Origin: an uncultured Desulfobacteraceae bacterium | GTDB lineage: Bacteria > Desulfobacterota > Desulfobacteria > Desulfobacterales > Desulfatirhabdiaceae | Length of the DNA: 64,000 bases | NCBI GenBank assembly: GCA_903839535.1 | Contig: CAIMCT010000101.1 | Coordinates: forward strand, 69-64,068 | Direction: 5' to 3' | In this document: piece after piece, positions 43,328-53,260 of the stretch | How positions within the stretch are numbered: the stretch's first letter is position 1 | Layout: each line of letters opens with the position of its first letter | Made by a program: the position numbers and the translations under genes | Notes under the pieces: model-generated | Told to the model about the DNA's origin: nothing | Databases searched by the model: none | Seen by the model: only the letters and a program-made list of their open reading frames with translations

Positions 43328-44935
43328 TTATTTCGGAAATACCTTGGCCGGAATTCCGACGGCGATATGGTTATCCGGCACGTTGATCATCACCACCGAA
43401 TTAGCTCCGATATCCACATTGTCGCCAATGGTGATATTTCCCAATACCTTGGCGCCGGCTCCGATGTTGACGTTATTACCGATCTGCGGAGCGCATGGCT
43501 CGTCAATTCGTTTAAGTCCGACGGTGACACCGTTTCGGATAATGCAGTTGTCACCAAAGCTGGCGAAACCGCTGACTATGATGTCACCAAAATGGTCGAT
43601 GCGAAAACCCCTGCCCACCGGTGCCTCGCAGGGAAGCTCTATGCCGGTCAGTATCTGAACTATCTTGTAAAAAAACTTGTAGAGCAGGGAAAACGGCTTC
43701 CTGCCCAGCCCGTTATTGATGGTATAGCGCCAGCGGCCAAAACGGTAGATCAGCATTACCCATAACCCCTGCCGCCCCCAGTCGCCGAAATAGGTGCGCA
43801 GATCCCGTTTGATGTTGGTCATCAGGTGCCGGTCTTCATTGATAATCCGGTTTTGTGGGGCCTCGCGGGGCAGCCCTGTGGTTGATGTATCTACCGGTGC
43901 ATCCAGAGGGGAAGCATTTTCCTGCGGTGGTGCAGGCATTCCTTCTCCGGCCAGCTCTTTTCCGTATCCGTCATTTTTTAGTGTCGCCATGATCAGCTCC
44001 ATTGTTAGGGCGGCATCCGCACTCTTGATATGTGCCTGCTCGTCCCTCTTGAACGAATTTTTTAGCCTGATAACACCTTTCCAGAACAGCTCCACCCCTG
44101 CAGCGCGCAGCACAGCACACAGACCGTAATTGGAGCGATAGTAGCGCAATTCGCTCTGTATTCGCAGATATGTCAATTGCCGTCCCGCCTTGGTTACCTT
44201 GCCGGTGGATTCGGAACTCTGTCCCCCCAGGTGGATACATCTGGTATGTGGGTAGAAGACCACAGGCCAGCCGGCCTTTGCAGAAAGGCGACAGAACTCA
44301 ATCTCTTCAAAATAGAGAAAATAGCGTTTTTCGTTCAGAAGGCCGATGGTCTCAATCACCTCGCGCCGCACCAGGAAATATGCCCCCGGCACCCAGCCAA
44401 CCACTTTTTCGGTGGAGTGATCCCACCAACTGTAGTCCGGCCCACCAAGAAGGGGAGAATTGGGGAACTTGTCGGCGATTCCGGAAATGACCAGAAATTT
44501 GGTCCATGGGGATGGGAGCATCCGCGCCGACGGCTGCAGCTTGTCGTCCAGCCCTACCAGCTTGACACCAAGTATGCCCCACGTCGGGTTTTCCTGCATA
44601 GCCTTGATCGTGGTGGACAGGGTGTCCGGGAAAAGATAGGCATCGGAATTGAGTAGCAGCAGAAACCGTCCGCTCGCCGCGCGGATACCTACATTGTTGC
44701 CACCTGCGAACCCCAGGTTTTTTTCAGTCCGGATCAGCTTCACCAGTGACCCATATATCTCTTGTTCGGTCGCCACCATATCTGCTGAATTGTCACTGGA
44801 GGCGTTATCGACGACGATCACCTCCATGTCGAGCTTCGCACCGTACTCCATAACCCGCTTCAAACATTCGCGGGTGATGTCGCGGGTGTTGAAACTGACG
44901 ATAATTACGGAGAGGAGTTTATCAGCCGCTTTCAT
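43328..44935 (-). CDS. Family 2 glycosyltransferase fused to a hexapeptide-repeat (CysE-like) acetyltransferase
   Basis: N-terminus LSVIIVSFNTRDITRECL...VDNASSDNS. C-terminus LWVMLIYRFGRWRY...GIELPCEAPVGRGFRIDHFGDIIVS...IGNNVNIGAGAKVLGNITIGDNVDIGANSVV. Confidence 0.8.
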   Translation of the reverse strand: MKAADKLLSVIIVSFNTRDITRECLKRVMEYGAKLDMEVIVVDNASSDNSADMVATEQEIYGSLVKLIRTEKNLGFAGGNNVGIRAASGRFLLLLNSDAYLFPDTLSTTIKAMQENPTWGILGVKLVGLDDKLQPSARMLPSPWTKFLVISGIADKFPNSPLLGGPDYSWWDHSTEKVVGWVPGAYFLVRREVIETIGLLNEKRYFLYFEEIEFCRLSAKAGWPVVFYPHTRCIHLGGQSSESTGKVTKAGRQLTYLRIQSELRYYRSNYGLCAVLRAAGVELFWKGVIRLKNSFKRDEQAHIKSADAALTMELIMATLKNDGYGKELAGEGMPAPPQENASPLDAPVDTSTTGLPREAPQNRIINEDRHLMTNIKRDLRTYFGDWGRQGLWVMLIYRFGRWRYTINNGLGRKPFSLLYKFFYKIVQILTGIELPCEAPVGRGFRIDHFGDIIVSGFASFGDNCIIRNGVTVGLKRIDEPCAPQIGNNVNIGAGAKVLGNITIGDNVDIGANSVVMINVPDNHIAVGIPAKVFPK

Positions 44936-45849
44936 GGGTAGAGCCCCACTGGCGGCGCTGGTATCCGCTCCAGCCGGTTGCTTATCTTGAGCTTTTCAAA
45001 CTGCCAGGCGTGAAGCGAATCTCTGAAGCCAGGCTCTTCGTAGCGCTGCATCCCTTCCTGCATAGCCTTGAAATAACCGCATATAATGCCAAGGCCGCCA
45101 ATGATAAATGGTTCTTCCGCCATGCGATAGACTCCCATCGGTATAATGTAGAGTGGGTGTGTACCCATGAAATATTGACCCCGACCCCATCTCATACGTC
45201 CGTGCCAAATTCCCAGGTGCGATGAACCCATCAGCCTTTTGTGAATTATGTTCAGCTTTGGGTTACGAATGCTGCGAGTCCGCCATCCCTTTATGCGGGC
45301 TTTATGATAGGCGATGCCATCCCAATGAACCTGACGCACAAAACCGCCAATATCCTCAAAACATTTGCGGCGATAGAAATTGACCATGCCGGCCACCATT
45401 TCATCGCTTGTGCGCTCTTCCACCAGAGCTGATTTCACCTCGATAAAGTGCTTGCCGCTGCCGGAGCCGAGCTGCCTGTCCTTCTCGAAATACTCCACCA
45501 GAGTGGAGAAGTAGTCCGGCCCGATCTCAATGTCACCATCCATTTTGCAGATGTAATCGTACTCTCTGGTTATAATCTGATTATAACCAAAATAATACGC
45601 TTCCACAACCCCAGGCCCCACGGCCCGCACCCCACGATTCCGCCGCTTGACCACACGAATCCAGGGATGTTCCTGCGATGCCCGCTCAGCGATTGCAAAA
45701 GTGTCGTCCTTCGAACCATCATCCACCAGTATCCATTCCACCGGTTTCAGTTTCTGCGCAATGATGGCATCGATGGTTCCTTGAAGATATTTCGCTTCAT
45801 CCCGCACTGGGGCTACGATGACAATGCGACGTTTATCAGTTCCACTCAA
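44932..45849 (-). CDS. Family 2 glycosyltransferase
   Basis: IVIVAPVRDEAKYLQGTIDAIIAQ...LVDDGSKDDT. 4-nt overlap with the downstream gene. Confidence 0.8.
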   Translation of the reverse strand: MSGTDKRRIVIVAPVRDEAKYLQGTIDAIIAQKLKPVEWILVDDGSKDDTFAIAERASQEHPWIRVVKRRNRGVRAVGPGVVEAYYFGYNQIITREYDYICKMDGDIEIGPDYFSTLVEYFEKDRQLGSGSGKHFIEVKSALVEERTSDEMVAGMVNFYRRKCFEDIGGFVRQVHWDGIAYHKARIKGWRTRSIRNPKLNIIHKRLMGSSHLGIWHGRMRWGRGQYFMGTHPLYIIPMGVYRMAEEPFIIGGLGIICGYFKAMQEGMQRYEEPGFRDSLHAWQFEKLKISNRLERIPAPPVGLYP

Positions 45850-45896
45850 ATTATATCCTCCATAAATGATGCTTTTTTATTGTAAAAGGGGGTAAT

Positions 45897-47123
45897 TTAC
45901 CCCATGTTTGTAAATAACTCTGCAAGCCGGTCGATGTTCAGCTTCTGTGAAAACTCACCGTCAGTCATTGTCCGGCCGCCGGATATACAGCGTCGCCGAA
46001 GCTGAGCATCATCCAGCATCCGCTCGATACTTGCAGCAAGAGCAACCACATCGCCCGGTTCTACCAGTAGTCCGGATACACCATCTTGTATCAGCTCATG
46101 AATTGCGGAGATAGTGGTTGAAATGACCGGCACATCCGCCGCCATCGCTTCCATTAATACTACTGGAATGCCGTCCATATCTCCATTTTTATCTTGTTTG
46201 CAGGCCAGAACGAACAAGTCAATCCGGGATAACCACTCCGGCACCTTGTTATTGGCGATCGGACCGTAAAATTTGACCATTCCGCCAAGACCTTCACGCT
46301 CGGAACACGCATGGAGTTCTTCCAGCAATGGGCCGGACCCGGCTATTTCCAGGGTGAATTCCCTTCCCTGACGTGCAAGCATTCCGGCCGCCAGAAGCAG
46401 GGTGTCAAAGCCTTTTTTTTCCACCAGACGACCCAGGGAACCAATTCGTGGAACAGTATAACACTCTCTTTTTTCGCAGTGGAGCCGGCATCCTGCCGGC
46501 TCTACACCACAGCGAATTATACTTATCTTGGCGGAGTTAGCTCCATTATGCTCCAGAAAAAGCTGGTTAAAGTGCGAAATGGTAACAGCGGCCAGCGACC
46601 GTTCGACCTTTTCCCTGAGCAACCAGCCTCGCTCGAAAAGATCGTTGGCGTGCGATGTGAAGCTAAAGCCGATTCCCGCCAACCTGGCTGCATACATTGC
46701 GATATCGGTCGGGACATGAGCAAAATGGGCGTGCAAATGGATGCAGTTATTTTTATTTATTATGCGAGCCAATCGTGCAGCAGCAAGGAAACGATACGAA
46801 AGACCGGCGGTGCTTCGAGTAAATAAGCCAACGCTGGAGATGTCTGCAATCAATAGCCGTAAAGCCGATGCAGTACGGCCAGGATACGAAAAGGCGATTG
46901 TCAAAAGCGCCGCCAGAAATGACGGCATGCCGAGCGCATACAGATGAATGGTCTCCTTTTCCATATCCAATGCTTCCTGTTCAAGGGCGGCAGCAGTTGG
47001 AACCAACACCGATACCGGCAGTATATGAAAGCCGCGTTTTCGCAAAGCCAAAATTTCATGGTAAACAAAAGTGGCGGAAAGAGCAGGAATTTCCGGTGCC
47101 AGATAGACAATAGCTGGCTTCAT
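45897..47123 (-). CDS. Family 4 (GT-B) glycosyltransferase
   Basis: C-terminal EGFDTLL...GDMDGIPVVLMEAMAADVPVISTTISAIHELIQDGVSGLLV is the GT4 E-x7-E region. Confidence 0.8.
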   Translation of the reverse strand: MKPAIVYLAPEIPALSATFVYHEILALRKRGFHILPVSVLVPTAAALEQEALDMEKETIHLYALGMPSFLAALLTIAFSYPGRTASALRLLIADISSVGLFTRSTAGLSYRFLAAARLARIINKNNCIHLHAHFAHVPTDIAMYAARLAGIGFSFTSHANDLFERGWLLREKVERSLAAVTISHFNQLFLEHNGANSAKISIIRCGVEPAGCRLHCEKRECYTVPRIGSLGRLVEKKGFDTLLLAAGMLARQGREFTLEIAGSGPLLEELHACSEREGLGGMVKFYGPIANNKVPEWLSRIDLFVLACKQDKNGDMDGIPVVLMEAMAADVPVISTTISAIHELIQDGVSGLLVEPGDVVALAASIERMLDDAQLRRRCISGGRTMTDGEFSQKLNIDRLAELFTNMG

Positions 47124-48292
47124 GAATCCACCCTTGCTGCATCGGCGATTATTTCCAGATAGCGTGCAACAAAGGCCCCGGAGGAAAAGCAGCGCTCATA
47201 CACGGAGCGTTGGCGGACCTGTAATGCACCCAGTTTCTTGCGATCACTTAATATCGGTGCGATCCTTGTGGCAATCTGCTCCGGTGTTGCATCCTGTGGT
47301 ATTACCGCTTCCGGCATATCAGGGAGAATCTCTTGCAGAGCCTCATATTCAAGCGCCATCACCGGAATATTGCAGGCCATCGCCTCTACCAGCGTCATTC
47401 CGAAACTTTCCTCCAGCGAAGTGTGCAGGTACAGATCAGATTCAGCCATCAGATTGAAGACGGCATCGCGTTCCTGCTCACCAAAGAAGGCGAAAAGGTC
47501 GTCCACATGCAGCTTGGCAGCCAGCTCTTGGACTCGTATCTTTTCCTCTGCCTGCTCGGTGCCAACCAGCAGAAAACGACAGGTGATTCCCATCTCTTTC
47601 AATGCTGCGGCCACCAATGGCAACATTCGCTGATTCTTGCGACGCTCCAGCGTGCCGACATTGATGATTGTTGGAACCAAACCGGAACGCGGCTCTACCG
47701 TCAAGGTGGTTACAGGTCTATATACCCCTGAATAAGCGATTTTGATCCTGTTTTGCGACGCATCGGGCGCAATTGTGAGCAGCAGCTTTTCATTACGGTG
47801 CGAAACCGGCACGAGCATGATCCGGGGATCGTTGAGTACATGTTCCATCCTGCGGCGCAACCACCCGATAGCAGCACCGTGCTTTGGCAAAAGTCCTGTG
47901 TCGGAAAATTCATCCCATGGTTTTGTCCAGAAATGACAAACCAGCAGTATCGGGCAATGTCCGCCAACAGCAGATAGCGCGGCTCCGGCAGTGAGTACGT
48001 CGTGAGCGATCACTGCATCAATATCCCCGGAGTGGGACGCAATGCGTTCACCAAGGTGTTTTACAGTCAAGTGGAGTCTTGTCAGGAAACAGACAGGGGA
48101 CTTTGTGGCTCGCCACATCCGGCGGGCGATTCGAAGCATCAGACTACGGTCAGGCGTGGCGGCATTGTTAGGTGTCACAGTTCGCACTGAGTGTCCGGCG
48201 GCTTCAAGGAGACATTTCAAATCGTGGGCCACGCTGACCACCCCGTTTCTGTCATGTTCCATATCAAGCATTGTCGTCATCAGAATGTTCAT
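47120..48292 (-). CDS. Family 4 (GT-B) glycosyltransferase
   Basis: ESFGMTLVEAMACNIPVMALEYEALQEILPD motif. 4-nt overlaps on both sides. Confidence 0.8.
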   Translation of the reverse strand: MNILMTTMLDMEHDRNGVVSVAHDLKCLLEAAGHSVRTVTPNNAATPDRSLMLRIARRMWRATKSPVCFLTRLHLTVKHLGERIASHSGDIDAVIAHDVLTAGAALSAVGGHCPILLVCHFWTKPWDEFSDTGLLPKHGAAIGWLRRRMEHVLNDPRIMLVPVSHRNEKLLLTIAPDASQNRIKIAYSGVYRPVTTLTVEPRSGLVPTIINVGTLERRKNQRMLPLVAAALKEMGITCRFLLVGTEQAEEKIRVQELAAKLHVDDLFAFFGEQERDAVFNLMAESDLYLHTSLEESFGMTLVEAMACNIPVMALEYEALQEILPDMPEAVIPQDATPEQIATRIAPILSDRKKLGALQVRQRSVYERCFSSGAFVARYLEIIADAARVDS

Positions 48293-49158
48293 GAGTTTGT
48301 ATTTCTCCGGCTGTGGTTATCCGGCCTTACCATCATTGTTTTTTTAGTAAAAGCCCCATCGAACGTAACAGAGACATCATCGTTCAAAAGCACGCCACTG
48401 GCGGTTTTACCTTGACCGTACAGACCCCAATGCGCCTCGCACAAGCTGACACCTTCGGCTCCCCAGCTTTTTTTCGCCTCCGCCACCAGACGTTCATCCT
48501 GAAACAGCATGATTCCGGAGTCATCGACCTTTACCGTAATACTAACCCACTTTTTCATGGGAAATGGAACCGAGGCAAACCGGGTAAAGTCCCCCTTGCC
48601 AAATACCGGTACATGGAACAGCACCAGTCGATCTACGCCATCTTCATGGCCAAGATTGACACCGTACAAGTCTTTCCAGTTCATCATGTTGGAATATGTG
48701 GCAAAACTGATCCAGCCCCGTGTGGCGGAATGCTGCGGTAGATCCGCCCACACGCTGAATGTTGATGAATACGTTCCACGATAGCATTCAGGCAGCATGA
48801 ACACGGGATAAAGTCGATGGCTGTCGCCCGGAGGAGGCGATGCGGAGGTGATTTCTCCCCTCAGAACAAAGCCACGTCCCGATCCGGTCGGGTCTGGCAC
48901 GACGGTGAGTGTGCCGCTGGACGTACCTTCCATGCGCCACCAACTGTACTCTTCCATATTTCCGGTTTCGTGCTTAGCCTGCCAGAACGGGGTGACGGCC
49001 TGAGCGGCAGGGTCGGCAGCGACTGGGATTCTCATATACGGCTCTTCAGCATGCCGGGCGTAAAAATCTTGCAGCATGTCGCCAACGGTATAAACGCCGA
49101 CAGCCATAAGGAGCAGCAATAGAAGAAATTTGAGAATTAATTTAGGGGTTATCTGCAA
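48289..49158 (-). CDS. Membrane-anchored hypothetical protein (possibly concanavalin-like / polysaccharide-lyase-like fold)
   Basis: N-terminal hydrophobic anchor KLILKFLLLLLLMAVGVYTV. The remainder is beta-rich. Start uncertain: TTG at 49158 with an AAGGA RBS, TTG at 49200, or ATG at 49107. The fold suggestion is weak. Confidence 0.5.
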   Translation of the reverse strand: MQITPKLILKFLLLLLLMAVGVYTVGDMLQDFYARHAEEPYMRIPVAADPAAQAVTPFWQAKHETGNMEEYSWWRMEGTSSGTLTVVPDPTGSGRGFVLRGEITSASPPPGDSHRLYPVFMLPECYRGTYSSTFSVWADLPQHSATRGWISFATYSNMMNWKDLYGVNLGHEDGVDRLVLFHVPVFGKGDFTRFASVPFPMKKWVSITVKVDDSGIMLFQDERLVAEAKKSWGAEGVSLCEAHWGLYGQGKTASGVLLNDDVSVTFDGAFTKKTMMVRPDNHSRRNTNS

Positions 49159-49377
49159 GATTATCCTTCGCTGAGTTGCCGATAATACTGATACAATCAA
49201 GATAACCCTCCCTGTCTATTACAGTGCACTTTCGATGTCAATCATTTTGCTCCCTCCACAAAATCATGCTGTATTTTTATTACGCTGAGATCACGTTTCC
49301 AGTCCGACCATCTATCATTCATTGACGAAGGATGCAGTGCAAAGTAGCATGCGGACTTTTTATGAAGTCGTTAAATT

Positions 49378-49421
49378 CTTGACTTCGTCACAAATAAGTG
49401 TACACTTTAAATATACACTTA
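49378..49421 (+). promoter_or_regulatory. Promoter plus palindromic operator of the antitoxin/vapC cassette
   Basis: TTGACT (49378-49383), a 17-nt spacer, then TACACT (49401-49406). Perfect palindrome AAGTGTACACTT (49396-49407) and inverted repeat ATAAGTGTA / TACACTTAT (49394-49402 / 49413-49421). Confidence 0.5.
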
Positions 49422-49441
49422 TGCGGCATGGAGGTTTTAAT

Positions 49442-49690
49442 ATGGAAATCACTGCGAAAGAATTACGTTGCAAGCCTGGGCAAATAATTGAGCAAGCAGC
49501 TCGCGGAACTAAAATCGTGATTACGATTCGTGGGAAAAAGCTAGCCAGAATTATTCCTTACGCAAGCGAAAAAGTAAATAATTCAAATAAGAGAAATGAA
49601 GATGAAATATTTGCTTTATGGCAGGACAGGGAAGACATAGAAATTGTAGATGACTATGTGAGGAATATGAGGAAGAGGAGAGTATTTTGA
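49442..49690 (+). CDS. Phd/YefM-type antitoxin
   Basis: MEITAKELRCKPGQIIEQAARGTKIVITIRGKKLARIIPY is a typical Phd/YefM N-terminus. 4-nt overlap with the PIN gene. Confidence 0.75.
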   Translation: MEITAKELRCKPGQIIEQAARGTKIVITIRGKKLARIIPYASEKVNNSNKRNEDEIFALWQDREDIEIVDDYVRNMRKRRVF

Positions 49691-50073
49691 TCATTGATAC
49701 TGATGTTCTCGTCTGGCATTTGCGCGGGAATGAGACAGCAAGGGACATAATTCACAATAACATTCCTTTTAGCATATCCGTAGTCACCTACATAGAGTTG
49801 ATTCAAGGAATGAAAGATAAGAAGGAGATGAATAGATTCATAAAGCAATTATCAAAATGGGATATTGATATTGTTCAAATAAGCAATGATATATCCACAA
49901 GAGCCATGATATATGTGGAACAATACCATCACAGTAATTCGATGGAATTGGCTGATGCTTTGATTGCTGCCACTTGTACAAATAACTCTGAAGTATTACT
50001 GACAGCAAACTATAAACATTATAAGTTTGTTCCAAATATCCAGATCAAGAGATTTATTCCACAACTCGGATGA
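49687..50073 (+). CDS. vapC: PIN-domain toxin VapC
   Basis: MIIDTDVLVWHLRGN... with downstream acidic residues (ELADALIAAT, LLTANYKHY). Confidence 0.8.
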   Translation: MIIDTDVLVWHLRGNETARDIIHNNIPFSISVVTYIELIQGMKDKKEMNRFIKQLSKWDIDIVQISNDISTRAMIYVEQYHHSNSMELADALIAATCTNNSEVLLTANYKHYKFVPNIQIKRFIPQLG

Positions 50074-50260
50074 CAACCAAAATTGGAACAAGGGATAATT
50101 TCGGAGCATAACCAAAAGAAGACTGATGACTTCGTAAGGCCATTGACCAAACCCTTGAGACATGGGAACTCGGTCAACTCAAACGTCTTCGGTTGGATGT
50201 TACTAAAATTGTCACCGCTTCTTGGGAATTATCGCACGGGTGTAGCCTATCGAATCATGA

Positions 50261-50494
50261 TTATTTGTTGTATTCAAATACAAACTTTATTACAATTTCA
50301 TTGTACATGAATACAAATATTATCCCCCCAAGGGAGACTTCCTGGTAGAGAATCGATATCTTTTTGAAGTTGGAAGTAAAAATAAATCCTTCAGTCAAAT
50401 CGCCAACATTCCGGAAAGCTATGTGCTAAGAGACGGTGAGGAGTATGGCATCAGAAACTGTATCCCGCTTTGGCTGCTGGGGTTTTTGTATTAG
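50261..50494 (+). pseudogene. C-terminal remnant of an ATP-binding (AAA-type) protein
   Basis: GDFLVENRYLFEVGSKNKSFSQIANIPESYVLRDGEEYGIRNCIPLWLLGFLY-stop. The ...FEVG.KNK...IPLWLFGFLY ending is characteristic of a widespread ATPase family. No N-terminal part is present. Confidence 0.5.
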
Positions 50495-50537
50495 GGGGAT
50501 ATCTGCAGTCAAAGCCTTATGGAGAGGGGCAGCCCGT

Positions 50538-53150
50538 ATGAAACTAACTGGAATGATAAATAATTTGATGAACATCTGTTATACATGCATCATCCTTGTT
50601 GTTTTATGCCTCAGCCAGTATTGCCATGCACTGGACAGCATACGCGTCGATGAAAAGAGTTCCCTGTTTTCATCAATTGATAAAACGCTCCCAGTTGTCA
50701 CCTCATCGTATATCGGCTGGTCAAGGAACTGGAAATGGGCCGGCGCACAGGTTCAACCTGTATATCAGAGGGGAGATTTCAGATCCACATTTACAGGACA
50801 AGTTCCCGATCTGGAGCTTGATTTTACCGGAACGCTGAACGTTGGCTCACATCCCAAACAGTTCATCTGGACTTACCGTTGGGACAAACATAAAGATATT
50901 CCCGATGCAACCGGCTTTGGTGTCGAATTCAAGTTTGCGTTAAATTCCCCCGGTTTTTCTTCAGCAGCAACACGTCCTGAATTACTGCCCGGTAATAAAG
51001 GGTGGCGGTGGCGCACGCCAGAGGGGTGTGATATGACAGTACAATTTACCCCGGCTCTCGCCAGCCTGGCATTCGAGAGGCTGCAAGAAAACACCATCCG
51101 GGCTCTGTTCTTTACCGCCATTGAACGGGGGACACAGCAGACAACCATGACCGTTACTGTTGATGATGCGGCGGTTAATCTGTCAGGCCCGGCAAGCCTG
51201 GAATATGACGACATTGACCTTGGCGCGTGGCATTGTGATGTGTTACCGAGCGAAACTTCACCGATGGATATGTCCTTCCTTAACAAGCAGGACAAGCCTG
51301 CCGGAAGTCACGGATTTGTCAAGGCGCAAAACGCGGAACTCATTTTTGCCGATGGTACGCCAACCAGATTTTGGGGTGTCAATTTGCAAGCTTATGCGCT
51401 GTTTGATACGCGCGATGAAAATATCATAAAACATTCACAACGAATTGCACAACTTGGCTTCAATCTGGTAAGAATTCATCATCATGATTCGCAGTGGGTC
51501 AAACCCAATATTTTCAAGAAACCGGAAGATAATACTCAAACACTGTCCACCGATGCGTTAAGAAAACTGGACTTGTGGATAAAGTGTCTGAAAGATCAAG
51601 GCGTGTATGTCTGGCTGGATCTGCATGTCGGCAGGACGTTCACCAAAAATGATGGTATCGACAATTTCGCAGATCTTGCCAAAGGCAAAGAAACCAGTGA
51701 AATAAAGGGTTTCAATTATTACAACTCCAGCATCAAGTCTCAGATGCAGGCGTTCAATGCGGCGTATCTGTCTCATGTCAATGAGTTTACCAACATTGCC
51801 TACAAGGACGACCCGGCGGTTATTGCACTGCTGATTACCAACGAGAACGATTTATCACAGCATTTCGGCAACGCCTTGCTGGGAAACAAAGGGGTTCCGC
51901 TGCACAACAAACTTTTTGTCGCAGATGCGAAACGGTTCGCGGATGCCTATAACCTGGCATACGACAAAATAATGCGGACGTGGGAAATGGGTGAGTCCAA
52001 GATATACCTTAACGATGTCGAACATCGCTACAACCTGAACATGATCGACCAGTTATATAAAATCGGGGTGAAGTCACTGATAGCTACTACCAACAGTTGG
52101 GGAGGAATGGGGCTGTCCGGATTGCCTTCCCTGACAGACGGCGGAATAATTGACGCCCATTCTTATGGCGGAATTGAAGAGTTGACGCGAAATCCGCGCT
52201 TTTATGCTGGCTTTTTAACCTGGATCGGTGCCGCACAAGTTTCAGGAAAACCGCTTTCCGTAACAGAATGGAACATGGAGCCATTTCCGGCAGCGGACCG
52301 CTTTGCATCGCCGCTTTTTACAGCCAGTATTGCAAGCCTGCAAGGCTGGGATTCGCTCATGCTGTACGGATACAGTCAGGCGCCTTTAAACGACAATGTA
52401 GCAGGAAGCAATTACTCGTCATTCAACGATCCGTCGATGATGGGCATGATGCCGGCTGCCGCGCTGCTTTATCGGCAAAATCATGTTGCTCCAGCCAGGA
52501 ACCGCTATGAACTAATGCTGGATCGCAACAATTTTTTCAATATCAGCCATGATCCGAGTACGTCAAAAACCATGCGCACTCTGCTGGAAACCAGTCAATT
52601 CGCCATTCGCATGCCCGATACACCTGAACTGCCATGGTTGAAAAACAGCGTGCAGCCCGACAAGAACGTAACAGTTATAAGTGATATGGGCAAAGATTTT
52701 ATTCCCACGGGACAATCATTTGTAACATCGGATACTGATGAATTACAGCGTGATTGGGAAAAAGGAATTCAGACTGTCAATACCGACAGATCCCAGGTTG
52801 CAGCCGGTAAACTCGGAGGTGAAACAATCAGGTTGGATAACGCCACCTTTACAATCCGGACTAAAATCGCTGTGGTGGCGATCCAGAGCCTGGTTGACAA
52901 GCCAATCAGGACATCAGGCAGTATATTCATTACGCTGATGGCGCGTTCCCAGCCCGACCAAGTCAATAAATCGGTTTTTCTATCCGAGACTGTAACCGGC
53001 ACAGTAACCTTTGCCGCGCCTGAAGGGTTGCAATTGTACCCCGTCACCAAATCGGGCAAACTTGACAAACCGATGGCGGTTACATACGCAACTGGTCGAT
53101 ATACGGTTAATTTTCCACCTGCAGCGGCGCGTTGGTTTATTTTGAAATAG
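50538..53150 (+). CDS. Secreted glycoside hydrolase, clan GH-A TIM-barrel (GH5-like) with N- and C-terminal beta domains
   Basis: Signal/anchor MKLTGMINNLMNICYTCIILVVLCLSQYCHA. FWGVNLQ, FNLVRIHHHD, LLITNENDL (acid/base NE) and SVTEWNMEP (nucleophile E). The track start 50436 overlaps the ATPase remnant. Confidence 0.6.
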   Translation: MKLTGMINNLMNICYTCIILVVLCLSQYCHALDSIRVDEKSSLFSSIDKTLPVVTSSYIGWSRNWKWAGAQVQPVYQRGDFRSTFTGQVPDLELDFTGTLNVGSHPKQFIWTYRWDKHKDIPDATGFGVEFKFALNSPGFSSAATRPELLPGNKGWRWRTPEGCDMTVQFTPALASLAFERLQENTIRALFFTAIERGTQQTTMTVTVDDAAVNLSGPASLEYDDIDLGAWHCDVLPSETSPMDMSFLNKQDKPAGSHGFVKAQNAELIFADGTPTRFWGVNLQAYALFDTRDENIIKHSQRIAQLGFNLVRIHHHDSQWVKPNIFKKPEDNTQTLSTDALRKLDLWIKCLKDQGVYVWLDLHVGRTFTKNDGIDNFADLAKGKETSEIKGFNYYNSSIKSQMQAFNAAYLSHVNEFTNIAYKDDPAVIALLITNENDLSQHFGNALLGNKGVPLHNKLFVADAKRFADAYNLAYDKIMRTWEMGESKIYLNDVEHRYNLNMIDQLYKIGVKSLIATTNSWGGMGLSGLPSLTDGGIIDAHSYGGIEELTRNPRFYAGFLTWIGAAQVSGKPLSVTEWNMEPFPAADRFASPLFTASIASLQGWDSLMLYGYSQAPLNDNVAGSNYSSFNDPSMMGMMPAAALLYRQNHVAPARNRYELMLDRNNFFNISHDPSTSKTMRTLLETSQFAIRMPDTPELPWLKNSVQPDKNVTVISDMGKDFIPTGQSFVTSDTDELQRDWEKGIQTVNTDRSQVAAGKLGGETIRLDNATFTIRTKIAVVAIQSLVDKPIRTSGSIFITLMARSQPDQVNKSVFLSETVTGTVTFAAPEGLQLYPVTKSGKLDKPMAVTYATGRYTVNFPPAAARWFILK

Positions 53151-53260
53151 TTTGTCTTGTAGGTTATCAGTCGTTACTGTAAAATCGTAACAAATTCATA
53201 ATGATTTGTATCAAACCCTGTTGACGTGGCTTGTGCAGGGTGATATTGGACCCAAAAGAA

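Noticed and set aside
50436-50537. Longer start for the secreted glycoside hydrolase
   Set aside because: The extension overlaps the ATPase relic, which is in another frame, and precedes the obvious signal/anchor sequence that starts at the ATG at 50538.
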